This document shows positions 24,933 to 38,597 of a stretch of 64,000 nt of DNA, piece after piece (positions within the stretch are counted from its first letter, which is position 1; each line of letters begins with the position of its first letter). This DNA comes from Kondoa subrosea. Taxonomy: Eukaryota. The stretch lies in assembly GCA_039545335.1 (NCBI GenBank), contig BCIN01000003.1, forward strand, positions 2,365,060 through 2,429,059, given 5' to 3'. A program made the position numbers and the translations under genes. The notes beneath the pieces were generated by a model. The model ran no database searches. It had not been told where the DNA came from and was given only the letters and a program-made list of their open reading frames with translations.

Positions 24933-27254
24933 ATGGAGTCTGTAGACAAGCTGGAAAGATGTCTAATCATGCGGCAAGGCGCGCGAATCAAGTCAATGAA
25001 AAGAGGTATACCTGTACATGGACCAACTCCCAAGCCTGTCAAGCCTCTGACTCGACTACCGAAACCTCAATATGATCTCCGCAAAAGCTTACAATTCGCT
25101 GGATTGCCTGTAGTTCATGAAACATATCCTGAAAGTTGGTCAACCCCTTCTGGTATAGGCAAGCAAGAGACGGAGGTCTATAATGCTGCCATCAAATCTT
25201 TGGAGATTGGTCTAGACTTGGCCAAAACTGCTGAAGCAACGTCGTCAGACCAGATTTGGAAACTTGTCTTCGAATCTGGTTTTCAACCCATCTTGCAAGC
25301 AGAGCAAACGAAACGTCTTGAACTCTCTACACTAGTTGATATGTATAGATCTTCAAGTCTCTGTCATGAACAGACTCGGATCAGCAAAAATTGGCCCACC
25401 TATCGCGCATTCTTGCTCGACTTGGCTTCGCGTAAACCCACGTCTTTTCGAAACAGAGAAGACTCTTCTTTACTCGGCACTCGTATTACGCATTGGATCT
25501 GTACAGAAATAGAAACGCCTTCTCCACAGAATGCCAAAAGGGTAGTTGATTTCTGGCATGCCTTGACAGCAAAGCAGACTGAACTTCTTTCTTTGCCATC
25601 GGAATTCTATGCTGCACTCACTATCGCCCACTCGCAAGTCTCGTCAGCTAATCTGGCCGAATATCTTAAATCTGTCACCAAAGTCTCCAAGCTCAAGTCC
25701 AGAGAACACTTTCGAGATCATCTACAAGAATCCAAGATCCCTCTCCTCCGCAATTTAACGATTCGCTCAAACTTCTGGATCGATCAAGCGGAATTAGCAA
25801 TGAACTGGGCTTCGGAACGAGGTGGTGAAGAAGGAATGATCAGTAGGGCGAGAAGATGGGCAGATCGAAGGGATTCGAATCGTTTGCAGAGATTCTGGAA
25901 TTCTATTCTTTCGGGTTCAGAAGATCGAGGTCAGGATCAATGGATCGAAACGTATTGGGTTGAAGAAGCGGAAAGCATGGATTCTGTCGTTGAGCAAGAG
26001 AGCGTCGGAGAAGAAGCACCGAACCAAGATGTTGAATCATCTGGGCCAACACCACAAGACCTACGCGCGAGATTCACGCCTGCTCTGGTCGCTTCTTTCC
26101 TTTTATCCTTTCTTCGGTTGGGCCACATCAATGAAGTTAATGCAATTTGGTCAAAGCTGCGTTCTCGATCACTTGAGCCTACTGAAGGACTCTGGTCTGC
26201 TCTTGTCGCTGGATACGCCAATCGGAAGGATGCTATTGCCGCTCAACGAGTACTGCAATCTATGGAAGCGCGGAATGTCGTGATCTCGCCCAGTGTCCAA
26301 GGTTATTACATTCGCGCGCTCTTCAAGGCGGGTCAGACCAAACAAGGCCTACAAGAACTCGAAGCACTCCTGGCTGATAGCAAGCAGGGAGGAATAGCAA
26401 TACCCTCGATAGTGTACAACCGCTTGATCGCAGATCTTCTTCATCGAAATTTTACTGATCAAGCTCGCGATTTGATGTTCAACATGCCTCAATCGGGTGA
26501 GAATGGAATAACAACTGCGACAGTCAATACCATGCTGTCTCATTACGCTCAACCTGGAACCCTCGATGTCAAGGCATTACAAGAAATGCTCAAATACCTT
26601 GGCGAACGTGGCTTGACACCGGATGTCACTACTTTCAACATTATGATTCAAGGTTTCACACAAGGCAATCAAAGAGACGCTGCAGATAAAATGCTCAAAG
26701 TAATGGAAAATCTCGGAATCGAGCCAAATGAGCGGACTTATGCACTTCTGATCAACGATCTGATCAAGCGAGAACAGCTTGGAGAAGCAGCAGCGTTGCT
26801 CAAGCGGATGGAGGCGACTGGCAAGCCGAACGAATTTGTATATACTAATCTGGTGCAAGGTTATTGTGAACAATCTTCGGCTGGTCACCACCTTTCCGAA
26901 GATGGTCTACCGTATAATTTACACCAAGCGCATTCGCTCGTTAAGCGAATGAAAGCCAAAGCTATACCTCTTGGTTCTATAGCTTACAACGCTCTGATCA
27001 TCGGTCACTTTCGAATGGGCAATGATACGGGTGTCAAGTGGGCCATGATCTGGTTTCGAGACCTACTAAGATCTTCAAAAGCAAGAGGCAAACGGATTTT
27101 TCCGGATACTTGGTACATTATGCTTGAGAATCTTTCAGAAATGGCCATGCATCGGGAAGCAAAAGAAGTGTTGCAAGCCATGTCAGAAACTGGTTTTGAG
27201 CCTAGGGGAAGTTTGGCAGGACTCATAAATCGTCTGAAAAAGAACATGCAATGA
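24933..27254 (+). CDS. Pentatricopeptide repeat (PPR) protein, probably mitochondrial
   Basis: 773-aa ORF with tandem ~35-aa repeats (LWSALVAGYA, VYNRLIADL, PDVTTFNIMIQGF, PNERTYALLINDL, PNEFVYTNLVQGY, AYNALIIGH); start uncertain. Confidence 0.9.
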   Translation: MESVDKLERCLIMRQGARIKSMKRGIPVHGPTPKPVKPLTRLPKPQYDLRKSLQFAGLPVVHETYPESWSTPSGIGKQETEVYNAAIKSLEIGLDLAKTAEATSSDQIWKLVFESGFQPILQAEQTKRLELSTLVDMYRSSSLCHEQTRISKNWPTYRAFLLDLASRKPTSFRNREDSSLLGTRITHWICTEIETPSPQNAKRVVDFWHALTAKQTELLSLPSEFYAALTIAHSQVSSANLAEYLKSVTKVSKLKSREHFRDHLQESKIPLLRNLTIRSNFWIDQAELAMNWASERGGEEGMISRARRWADRRDSNRLQRFWNSILSGSEDRGQDQWIETYWVEEAESMDSVVEQESVGEEAPNQDVESSGPTPQDLRARFTPALVASFLLSFLRLGHINEVNAIWSKLRSRSLEPTEGLWSALVAGYANRKDAIAAQRVLQSMEARNVVISPSVQGYYIRALFKAGQTKQGLQELEALLADSKQGGIAIPSIVYNRLIADLLHRNFTDQARDLMFNMPQSGENGITTATVNTMLSHYAQPGTLDVKALQEMLKYLGERGLTPDVTTFNIMIQGFTQGNQRDAADKMLKVMENLGIEPNERTYALLINDLIKREQLGEAAALLKRMEATGKPNEFVYTNLVQGYCEQSSAGHHLSEDGLPYNLHQAHSLVKRMKAKAIPLGSIAYNALIIGHFRMGNDTGVKWAMIWFRDLLRSSKARGKRIFPDTWYIMLENLSEMAMHREAKEVLQAMSETGFEPRGSLAGLINRLKKNMQ

Positions 27255-27315
27255 TCTTTCACTGAAGTTTCTATTCGCAAAGTTCTACGATTTTTCATGC
27301 ACTTTGTACAGCCTT

Positions 27316-28827
27316 TTATACGCCGCTGGTCGAATGCGGAGTCTCACACGGCGGTGCTCGAATTAGATCGGGCGAGGGCGTCCCACGCGATGCTCCATTC
27401 TTTTCCATCTTTACCACCAGGGGAATCATTCCTCCTGTGCCCATAGCGAAAGATCTGTGATTTACGGCCGCGAGCAGGGCAGCAATTAGGCCAGCGTGAG
27501 CTGAAACGGCGATGTCTAGCTCATAGCATGAAGGGGAGCCCGGGGTTGCGGAAAGGAAATACTTACATGTATTTTGATCCGAGTCAAACAGCTCATCTAG
27601 CGCTTGCAACACCCTGTACGTTGTCTGTTCATGCGTTTCCATTCCATCCACTGTGAACAGCTCATCTTCCTCGGTAAACCCTTCTTCTATATCAAAGTGA
27701 GGGTATTTCTGCGCTATTTGAGATCTGGTAGAGCGTTTGTCACAAGTCTGCCGAATTCGATCAGCTTTTGATTGGCTAGAAACAAGTATACATACATGCA
27801 AGCCGATCGTTTCCCTCCACTTTTCCTTGATCATGATTTTCTTGCTGTCCGGTATGAGACCAGCCCAGGTGATGTCCATAGTCGAAGCAGATCTACAAAT
27901 AGAGCATCGCGGAGTGAAGGTAGATTCTACTACATGTTGTCAATTCAACTTACCTCGATAAAGGAGAAGAATAGAAGCTTTCGGGTAAAGGTGCTCCTAG
28001 CGCTAATTCTCTTGGCCAGGCTTTAGCTGCTATCGAGGCTTCAGAAAGTCCTCTAGAGGTCAGCGCTGGATCCGGGCCCCAGGTCATGTTTGAATCGCCT
28101 TCAATGTGACATGAGAATCAATCAGTGCCGCTTCTGAAGCGCGGAACTGACCATACTGCATACTCCAATAGCAGTCCCAAGCATTATCGCCGTAGACATC
28201 CTTAGCTACATTACTGAGAACAGCAACAATCAATTTTTTTTTTCAGATTCAAGATCAGCTCGTGCAACTTACTGATAGCCTTGACCATGCCGATTTGCGA
28301 AGATCTGGAAGGTAACTTACTTACAGCGCCGTGCAAATGGGGCGGCACTGACAAGTTTGTATTGCTCCCCGGGCTTGCTTAATAGAGTAAACTACGTCAG
28401 TTCATCTGTACATCATGACATACTCAACGCCTCACGCATTTGCATTGAGCTGATCCATCTCGGACTTCATCTGTCCCCAATCCTGCGAGATCAGACCTAA
28501 GTTCGGAATGCCATTGAACTGTAGATTCCTTTCTAGTCTCAACAGACCATTCACAACGAGCAGGATCTCACGCACCACGTCAAAGCCTCGATCAGAAGTC
28601 TTAGGATCAGACTGCAAAAAATAGCCAGACAAGGCTTGATACTGGTAATCTGTCTTGCCTGGAAACGCAAATGCCATATTCGTGCCGATATTCGAGCGAG
28701 TACCAAAGAAAGCGGTGAAGAGCAATAGACCCAGTACAATAGCTAGATTTCGATGCGAGAGCACACCAGACTTGTGGGATTCGGGATTGCTAGCAGGATT
28801 TGGCAGAAGAACGTATTCCGGGCTCAT
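27316..28827 (-). CDS. Histidine phosphatase / phosphoglycerate-mutase-like (Pmu1-like) with N-terminal TM anchor
   Basis: FANRHGQGYH motif, WGPDPALT, WRETIGLHTCDKRSTRS, IEEGFTEEDEL, VSAHAG, TGGMIPLVVK. Confidence 0.88.
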
Positions 28828-29119
28828 ACGCTACAGGCTCGCTGTCTATGTCAGAATCCCAGCTCAAAAGAGGTGCTCGATAGCCAGACGCAGTTTATAG
28901 TGACCGACAGAAGGTCGACGATGATGTTTAACAAAGGTCAATTTCAATGCAGAACTTCCTTCGTGCAGATACCGATCCGAGACGCTTGAAGAAGCATACA
29001 GCAGAGGTAGTACAGCGTACGAGATGCCATATATCATGTTGTTGTGAATTGAGAGCCATTACGTAAGCACTGTGATCCCCTACAATAATACAAGTCATAC
29101 ATCGTCAGCGCGTCAATAC

Positions 29120-31109
29120 TTAACGCCTGCTGCCAAAGCGATCCAAGGCTGACGCAGAGCCCGCTGGGCCGCTTGCGGAAGAAGCTTCTTCTCTCGCTTG
29201 AATAGCCTTCTCCTTCTTTTGCTGTAACCTCTGCTTGACTGCTTCTGTTTTCGCATCGATAACATTAGCCTTCTTGCGCAAACTTCGCTTCCTCTCCTTA
29301 TTCTTCCCAATGACTCTTTTCCCGCTCTTCTTCTCCACTTTATGGCCTCTTTGCTCTACACCTTCGAGTACCGTATCATCGTCTCCTTCAGCCAAAGCAA
29401 TCGTATCCTCGTCGGCTTCACCTTTTGCTATAAGACGATCGGTTCTTGACAACTTTCGGAACGCTACTTGATCTTGTCTTGGACCTATTCCTTTGGTTTT
29501 CGGTCCAGCAGCTTTAGCGCCTAATTTACTTGTACCTGATTTCTGATCCGGTCTAGCCAATTTGCCAATCCAATCTCGATCGAGGGTAATCTGATCTGGT
29601 TGAATTTTATCAAGCAGACTAGCAACTTCTCTCTCTTGTCGCGCTTTCTTAGTCTCGAATGGATCAGCTTCCGTTGAATCAAAGTTGGCTTCACCGGCTC
29701 CAGGTATCAGAAGAGAAGTGAAACCTTTGGAGTGACCAACACCGAGAACATCTTCATATGGACAGAAGGCGAGATCTGAAACAGGCCGAGAGTTGAATGG
29801 AGTAGTCATGTATGGTCCAAGACGACGATTGACCGGTGTGAAGACATCTTTGTATATCTGCAGAGGCGCATGACCATCAGTTCACTGCAAACAGGAAAAT
29901 AGGAAGCACTGACGCTGACATGGTTGCCCCAACCTACGCCCAGTAAGCCCTTTTGACTGAAGGCTAAGCTTTGAGCTGGTTTTGGCATCGACCATTCGTT
30001 GACTACTTCCCATTTCCGGTTATCCCAAACCTTCAATCGGCCATCCAAACCACTTGTCGCCATGTAATGACCCATTGTACTGCCCTGATCTATTGCGATG
30101 CTTTGTACGGGACCTTTGTGTGCCAGAATTTTGACGTGTGGTGTTGGCATATTCGGAGACCAGAGAGTAACGGTTCCGTTTGAGTGACCAAGATGAATGA
30201 TACCATTATGCTGATTCTGCGCCATAGTATCGCAAGCGCCTAATTTCGTTTTATGCTCGCATACGACTGATCCGGTTGAGGTATCTTGGTATTTCAAATA
30301 CCCAGCTGAACCGACTGAGGCGAGCAAGAAATGGTAGCGAAGAAATTGAAGCCGATTCACATCGATATGATGACGCATCTGATGTATTTCAACTCCTTGC
30401 TTATCATAGATGTAAACGTATTTCTTTTGGGCGACAGCGAAAAAAGATTGATCGTGTAGCCAACTATCAATTTCGGCACAGTATCAGCGCAAGCAAGCGC
30501 AATGAGTACATCGGCACAGACCAAATGTCTCGTAGAGTCTCGTTCAGATTGAGTTCCGTCCCAAGCTTTCCAGTCTGCCAATCGAAAGTTGCGACATGCC
30601 CTCTTCGACCAGCTATAGCCAATTGTCTAGAGAAATACCATGAGAAAAGTCTTTCTGCAGACTCAAGCGAAAAGTTACCTTCCATTCGATGTATAATCCA
30701 TTGAATACGGCCCAAATGTATCTAGATCCAAGTCGAATCCTTTTGCAGCTGCTGCAACACCAATATCTTTCTTAATATCCGATTGGTTGATCCTCCAAGT
30801 CTTTTCTACATCGTTCTCTGGCTCTAAGAGTCCAGCATTATCAGAAGGCAAAAGCAGATCATCATGCTCGAAGCTGGAAACCGCTGTAGCTCTGTGGGAT
30901 TTGTGTAAAGTAGCAAGCCTGGACTGAAGCTTCTTGTTTTTGTGAGGTCCTCCAATTGTCTTCGTCAGGTCTTTAGTTAGATCAATTCGAGCGTAAGGTG
31001 CTGCGTTTTGTAATTTCAGCTGTTCACGAGCTTCTGAGGCTTCTTGGGCAATTCGTGCACGTTTTGTAGGTCTCTGATTTTCTGCTGTTGCTTTCTTTGA
31101 GGGTAACAT
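29120..31109 (-). CDS. UTP7: SSU processome WD40 protein Utp7/WDR46 (BING4CT)
   Basis: FDLDLDTFGPYSMDYTSNGR, LQFLRYHFLLASV, HLGHSNGTVTLWSPN, FCPYEDVLGVGH, LLIPGAGEANFD..EADPFETKKARQEREVASLLDKIQPD. Confidence 0.96.
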
Positions 31110-31162
31110 GGCGGGTGTGAGCAAGAGACTAAATTTTCGAAGCATCTTGGAAGAGGACCACG

Positions 31163-34100
31163 ATGAATCATGATACGGCCAAAAGCAGGGACAAGGGCGA
31201 TGCTACAGATACCAAATTGCGAAAGCTCCAAGAGCAATATATAGCGGAGACTGGGCGCAACGCAAGCAGAGTAATGTCAGATCAGAATCTCGAGCAAGAC
31301 ACCTCATTTCTTTTGCAAACCTTAGAAGATAGTATACGTATAGACTTCAGCAAGAGAGAGAAGCGCTGTGCTCAAGCATTGACGATCTTGGCCTTAGCCC
31401 TCTCGATATCAACTCCTTCGGTCGAGATGCAGCTTTCTGCTGTGCATGTAATATGGCGAAATCTGGAATCCAAGTCGCAGATGATCGTACAAGCAGCGAA
31501 GAGCGCGCTTGAAGCTTTGTTTGGCAAGAACAAATTCTCTTCGGCAGACTTATCAACGGTTGAAGAACAATTTATTCTGCTTCTGAAGACAGAGCCCTTA
31601 CAGAACAGGCGTGCTTTGATTGCTTACCAATATCTTCTGCCGCACCTCACTCATGCGCGGATCGATACGTATTTCGGCACCACTCTTTTTGAAGACCTGC
31701 TCTGCCTGCTAAGAGACGAAGAAATTGCCGTAATGGTCAACAGGACGGCATGCAATTTGTTGCTGTCAAACCCAGACTTGAAAGCATTGTCAAATCGAGA
31801 GATTACACCAAGAGCTCAATCTGCAGTGAAAGCAATAATCGGCAATGCTTTGTTTGATGAGTTGTCGACTTCTTCCAATACCTTGCAACATACCATTCCT
31901 ACTCTTCTGAAACAAATTCCGAAGCTTTACCCTCATCTCCTTTCGCATCTGGAACATCAGCCCTCATCTGTACTCAAGACCAAAGCCACCTTGTCAATAA
32001 CGGAATCAGCCAATCTAGCCAAAATCACTACATCAACTTCAAGCTCTCTTCTTTCCACTTCCCTAATTCATGCCGATTCAACAATTCGAATTTCAGCTCT
32101 AGCTCTTTTAGTTCGTTCCAGCTCTGTAGCCAAGCCTTTCACTTCGGAAGAACTCGATATGCTGAAATCTTTCTGGAGTGCGAATCTCGGTACTGCGGAA
32201 AAGGATTTCAGGCAAAAGGAATTGGGATTGCTGAAAATTCTGCTGGAACGATTGCGAGCATCAAGTTATGCTAGCGATCGGGATAGCAAGAAAGGATCTC
32301 AAGATGTGAAGTCAGAGAAAGCGGCATACGTGGACCATGTGAAAGGATGGTTGGAATGGTTCCACCAGCAAATCATTGCTGGCTTGAGTCCTGTTGCGCC
32401 TTATCGTTACAGAATCACAGCACTAAGCGTCTTAGATTTTCTGCTCTCGTCCGGTATGCACTCAGAGAACAAGACTGCCACTGGTTGGCCTTTCGTAATA
32501 CACCTTTGTTCGGAAAAGATGGCACGAAAACTGTTGCGATGTATGCTGTCAACATATGAAGATGTTCAGCACACTTCTTTTACTCTACTAACAATGTATT
32601 TTCCGACTCCCTTACCTGGCTTTTCAAATTCGGACATGGTCGAAAGAGAACTAGTTATACCCGTGAAAAGCCTGATGCGTAACGTGCGAGAGAGCGAGGC
32701 CAAGACCGCAGCAATGATCGCAAAATTAATCTGTCTCAAGCATCCTGCCAACACCAAGCGCGATGGAACGGCATATCAGGTCAAATTCTTCCTTGACTTG
32801 GTCGAATCTGCGGAAGAACAGGTCGAGTTCGCTGCCAAAAATTTCGCTCAAGCATCCGAGACTCATCCTATGCACGGTGCAATACTGGCTGTCCGACAGC
32901 TGTTACCAAATATACCTTTGAACGACAAAGATGACGCTAAGCTTTATAGACGTCTGTTGCAGCTGATCGAAAGCACTTGGGAGGTCACGAGTCCTCTCCT
33001 GACCAACAACGCTGAAGGCGATATTCCGGATCACGAAGATGCTCGAGCTCTGGCGATGGAAGGCGAACAAGACTTGAATGATGGAACGGCACAGAATCAA
33101 AAGCATAAATCCATTCTTTCGACCAGCTGGAGAAGTATGAGGGAATCAGGGTCTGTCTATCATTGTACTCTGTCTGCAATGCAATCGTTTACATCAAGTC
33201 CTGCTTCGACAGTGCTCTGCTAGAAGCTTTGGTCAGAGTCCCTTTCGGACATGGACTAGACTGCTTGCAATCTATATGGCGTACTGAAGATATTCGCTAC
33301 ATTGGCGATCTTTTCACTCGCTTTCTGCTTCTCATTCGACATCGCGGAGCCTTCTCAGCGATTGCGCCATACTTCTCATCCTTCTACGAATTAGTTTCTG
33401 CTTGCGCGTGGCCGGAAGTCAATGCTCTGCCTTCGGTTTGGCTGGATGAGAGACTGGACGACCTGTTAGCATCCGATATCTACTCGACAACCCGTAGATC
33501 TGCCGGCTTGCCATCATGCATCATGGCACTGCTTGTCGGTACTAGTACATACAATACTGGACTTCTGCCGCGAGCCATGAATCGTTTGCTGGCTGTATCT
33601 ACCGAAACCAGTGGATCAGTTTCAGATCATGTTCAGATACACGCGATGAATGCTCTGCGCGTAATCTTCCTCGATACTTCCTTGAAGAAACGGATCATGC
33701 CTTTTGTCGAAAGAGGCTTTATTGTTGCTATCAATAAATTTGGTTCCCAAAAGTCAGTCGAGCAGTGGTACATTCAGACATAGACTGAATATACAATAGC
33801 TGGGCAATTCGAAATGTGGCTCTTCTTCTATACTCTGCCTTGGTCCAACGCGCCTTTGCAGTACGGAAGTTAAATCCTTCCCGCACGGCAGATGCAGTTG
33901 GCCGCCGTACCAAAAGCTCGAGTTTCTTTCGAATGCATACTTCTCTTCTTCCTGCTCTGTGCAAAGAGCTCAACCGCTGCGTTACTGCTGGTCTGCTAGA
34001 CACAATAGTAAGCCTATCAATCTGAGAATATCAGCTCAAAGCTGATACTATGCATAGGACGTCGGACAGCAGAGTAGCATTTACTCTATTTTGCTTCTTT

Positions 34101-35831
34101 TGTCGCTCCTACATACTCCAGAGCCTGTCATTGACGATACAGAGAATTTCCAACGCTTGAAAGTACTGGTTCGTCTATGCTCCGCCAGCAGAATATGGAA
34201 AATACGCGAAGCTGCAGCTGACGCGCTGGTTGGCTTGTCAAGTAGTGAAGAAGTTCCTACTTATATAGAGCAGATGTCTATACCTACAAAAGGAGAAAAT
34301 CGAGTGAGTTAACAGCCGGCTACTTCGTATTTGACTAATAAGCGAGCAACTTACAATTCAGATCCATGCATCAATACTCAATTGTATGCGGCTTATGCAA
34401 GGTCTCAGGAGTTCCTGCGAAGTCGTTTTGCAAGGTGAGCTTGAGCTGTATATCTGCTGCTCTTCTGTCTCACATGCGTTTTGCAGCTGCTCAAGTGATC
34501 AATGACACCGCTTCCACCTATCTGAATATCAAACGATCTCCTGCTGTTCAGAACGCTGTGATCGAATTTGCCAGCCTTGTCCAGCAAATCGCAGCTGACC
34601 AAGACTTGGTCATCTCATTGGCTCACTTCTCTGATAAGCTTATCCTACTTCTCGACACATACCGCATCCGGTTTGCATCCCATTTTGCTGCGCAGAACAC
34701 TCTGATCGCCAGTCTCATACGTTATCTTGCAACGCCTGCGGGGACTTCCATAAGAACTTCGGCCAGCTCCCTCTTATTCAGCTCAGCAGCTAGTGTTGCT
34801 AGCACAGTGGACTCTATAAGTGAGATGGCCACGCGCGAACAACGACAGTTGGCAAACTTCTTTAGTGAAGTTTTACGTGCTCATCTTCGAGAGCCTTTGG
34901 CTGAACCTAATACATCTACCAAGATCCTCAGCATCCTCAGCTTGAATCAGGATGATAACAATGATGCGCTTGACGGAGCCTGGCCTCTTCCCCAATATGC
35001 GCAAACAGCTCTAGTTCCGCTCAAGGAAGCGCTCCTGCCTATCATTGCCGGTAATATAGCATCAGAATTCAATCAGGAAAGTGTAATTCTGCTGTTCAGA
35101 TGGATAGATGCCGCTAGCAAATATACTCAGGCGAGTCTCATCTGCGCAAAGACGGCCTGCGAAAGCTCAAACTATCTGTAGTCTGAGACCTCGCGAACAT
35201 CAGCAGTGAGAGCCCTGCATGCTTTTAGCGAAGGGACGACTCCGGCAAAAGTGGCAGCACAAATTCCCTTTTGGCACTGCCTTATCCGCATACTGCAAGA
35301 TGATGACGAAGACATCCGCAATTTCGCTGTCACCATTACCGCTCAAACACTTCGCCTTGAAACACCTGTGCAAGACTGCGTTGCTGTTAAGCATGCCTAC
35401 GAGCATCTTTCCGCTATAGTGAGAGATGAGGACATCGCATCTCGACTCTTATCATCTTTCGGTTCGTGCCGCTGTCCATAGCCAACTCTCCAGAGCTGAT
35501 GTCGTTCGCAGAGTCAACACTCAGCATGTTGTCCGAAAATGATAATGTGCTCTACAACGAAGAAGAACCAAACCTTTACCGAGATTCGCGAGTCGATTTT
35601 GCTTTATTACTTTCGATAGCCAAGTCGAAGTCGATTGAGGTCGAGTTGAACCATGTGCTGTCAAGAGAAGCAAGTGACGCCTTTGCACCTCAAACTCCCG
35701 GTCTTTTGGGCAAATCGGCAAACGAATGCTGGACATTAGCCGCTTATCAATACTTGGCTTTAACAAGCGATGACCGATCGGGGTGGAACAAGGAAGTATA
35801 CACGATCGCCGAGCAGATTCTGGACAGCTGA
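31163..35831 (+). CDS. TRM732: THADA/Trm732 tRNA 2'-O-methylation cofactor (DUF2428, ARM repeats)
   Basis: HPMHG, SWRSMRES, IRHRGAFSA, TTRRSAGLP, QIHAMNALRVIF, WAIRNVALLLYSAL, WKIREAAA, LQDDDEDIR. Confidence 0.93.
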
Positions 35832-35853
35832 AAAGGATCACTATTTCTACATT

Positions 35854-38597
35854 TTATTTCGATGGCAATACAAAAGGATTCGTAGAATACTCCAACGCAG
35901 CAATGGAGGCGTCCTTCACCTTCTGAAGATATTCTCCCAAGCGATTGCCCTCCGCTACGAATTCGTACCAGATCGGTTTCTCGTCGCCTGCATTGGCAAC
36001 GATTGTCGAAAGATCCAAAGCTTTCTCAACAGCGCTGACACGACATCATCAGCACCAGAAGAGCTCGAGAGAGAATCTGGACCAACCTGGGAATGTAATC
36101 CCTTGAATCCATAAGACATTGATGGAGAGCGAAAACCAATTCGGGAATGTAGATAGCTCTGAGTCTGTTCAACTCGTCGCTTCTTGCTTCAGCTGTTCGC
36201 TCAAATGTCTCAGCCGACTTTCAATTACAGATGAGTAATTGTATGTACCTTCTGGACCTTGGACCGCTAGCATATCGTTCAGCAACCATTGACTGGTCAA
36301 GAGTTGTTCCACAGCTGCATAGGACTGATCGACGACTTTCTTCAGACCTTCAACGAATACAGGATGCTTGACATTCGCTTGACTATTCATTTTTTTCTCA
36401 GTATGCAAGTAAAGTATAAGCAGATGAGACGTACTCAGCCGAAGGTCTCTTGGACCAAATTTCAGTCCATCGATCATTCAGATCCAAGCAAGTAAAGAAA
36501 GTCTTGAAGTCATCAAATTCCCTACTATGGGGTTGCAAATTTTCTTCGCCTTCCAGAACCAATCTCGCAACATGTGATTCAATGTTGGTCGGTAAAGATG
36601 AGATGAGTCTTTTAGCTGCTGCAGTATGACCAGCCACTGTTTGCTCTAAATCATGAGCATGCGTCTAAAAGCATCAAAAGGGGAACCCACGTAAGAAATA
36701 ACGCGTAAGGTAGTTAGTATGGATGAGCGCATCCGGCCAGGTTTGATGATCGAAACTCAACCATTCTGCAGATCGGACCAGCTGAGTTTCCTCTGGACTG
36801 ATAGGGGCTGAAGAATTCATCAATAAAGTTGGATCCATTTCCAGTTGCTTATCCTGATAAAGATTCCCAAATCAATTCAGATATCATATTTAAGCGAATT
36901 TGAACTCACTCCGATAATCTCATTGACTATCAACAAGACTGTCATTCTTGCAGAAGCTGCAGCATCCAAACCATGTTCCCTTGCTCGAAGCAAACTAGTT
37001 TTCCTACTATTCCTATCCGAAGCGAAAGAAATTCTAGCCAAGAATCTAGAAAACACTTCTACTTTTTGTTCCTCTTGCGACAAGTAACTTGCATAAAGAG
37101 GTACAAGGTGGTATTTCGACTTCTGTTCTAGTACTTGACAATAGGTAGATATGATCTGATCGGCAGCTTCTGACGGTACTTCTGGTTTTGATGGATCGGA
37201 TGGAAGATGTTGTAGGAAAAGAGTGAAGTGAGTGAAGAAACGGAACAAGTTGGCTAGAGAATCTTGCTGGTCTTCATCTGATTCATTCGCTCGCGTAAGG
37301 AACAGCTGCAAAAGTTCTGGCATCTTATTGAGGACAATGTGATTCTGCGCTATTCGTAAAGGATGACGAGCTTGTTCGGCTATTTGGGGTTGCGAAGATT
37401 GATAGAGTGAGTCGAAAGCGGAAGAAAGATCTTGACAAGAAGGTTTAGGTTTAGTTGGAGAAGAGGAAGATTTAGAGCGATAGAAGGAACCGGACGATGT
37501 GCCTTCTAGGCAGTAATCGATGCGAGATTCGAATTGGTGATTTATGTGAGCCCAAAGTTGATCTTCCCAGTTCTCGCATACAGGCAAGACCGAGTTGAGG
37601 TCTCCAGAAAGGGCTCCGTATAGAGCCCGTTCGTATTGCTTTGTCGAAGGCTGTGAATCGTTCTCAACCATCAGCCGGAAGACGAGACAAATGATGAGCT
37701 GAACTCACGCTCGATGCAATCTTTTGGCACGTCATTTTCCAAAGCTTGCGATTCATGCCACCTTTGGTAGAAGATCTTTTCCTGGCAGAATCAATTTCCA
37801 TTCCTTCATTCTCCAATTCATCAAGGGAAGGATCCAATATCGAATCTCTCCAAAGGTTCCCGCCTATAAGACTAGCGGCTCTCCAACTCTGATCTGATTG
37901 CCGACACATATCCAAAGCAGTACCCAATTCACCTGCTCTAACATATTCAAACAAACTTCTAACTAGAGCTGATTCATACGCCGCATCTTCTGCTTCCCAA
38001 TTAGCAGAAGATTTAGCCGCTTGTCTGTTGACTGCATCTGGATCCAAAGAATCAACCAAAGTTCTAGGAGGAGTAGTTCCAGTCCGTTTATGCTGTTTCA
38101 AAGCGTTTTTGGTGTAAGAATAGTAACCTCTTCGTATTTCTGCTGGATGCAAAGAAGAAGGTATGTTATGCAGCCAATCGCGAATAGCAGCTAGATCTGC
38201 TAGTTCTCTGTTCGAGGCTAGTGATTCTTGGACAAGCGTGAGAGCTGGCAAATAAGGATCTGATTTGTCTCTTGGTGCTTCTAGTGGTGTATATCGAGAG
38301 CTACATAATCCTATCAGCAGACCATGATACATTCAAGCTTGAGACTCACGAGAACAGAGTATGTATCAAATCCCAAGCATTTCGTTCCAATGTCAAATAA
38401 TCTCTGTCTGCCTCTTGTACACCACTACTACTGCTGCTGCTTTCCAACTGACGCGAAATGATGTCCGACCAGATTGCAGCTGCACCATCTTCAGCATCCA
38501 AAATCAAATCCGCTCCTTGTTTGAGTCGAGCTAAACCTTCTGCGAATTCATCCAGACAGTCTGCTTGACTTGTGCTGACGTCGAACGAGGCGTCCAT
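35854..38597 (-). CDS. NUP84: Nucleoporin Nup84/Nup107
   Basis: LERNAWDLI, LVDSLDPDAVNRQ, LFEYVRAGE, CRQSDQSWRAASLIGG, RKLWKMTC, YERALYGALSGDL...VCENWEDQLWAHIN, YIPELVFRL. Confidence 0.95.
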
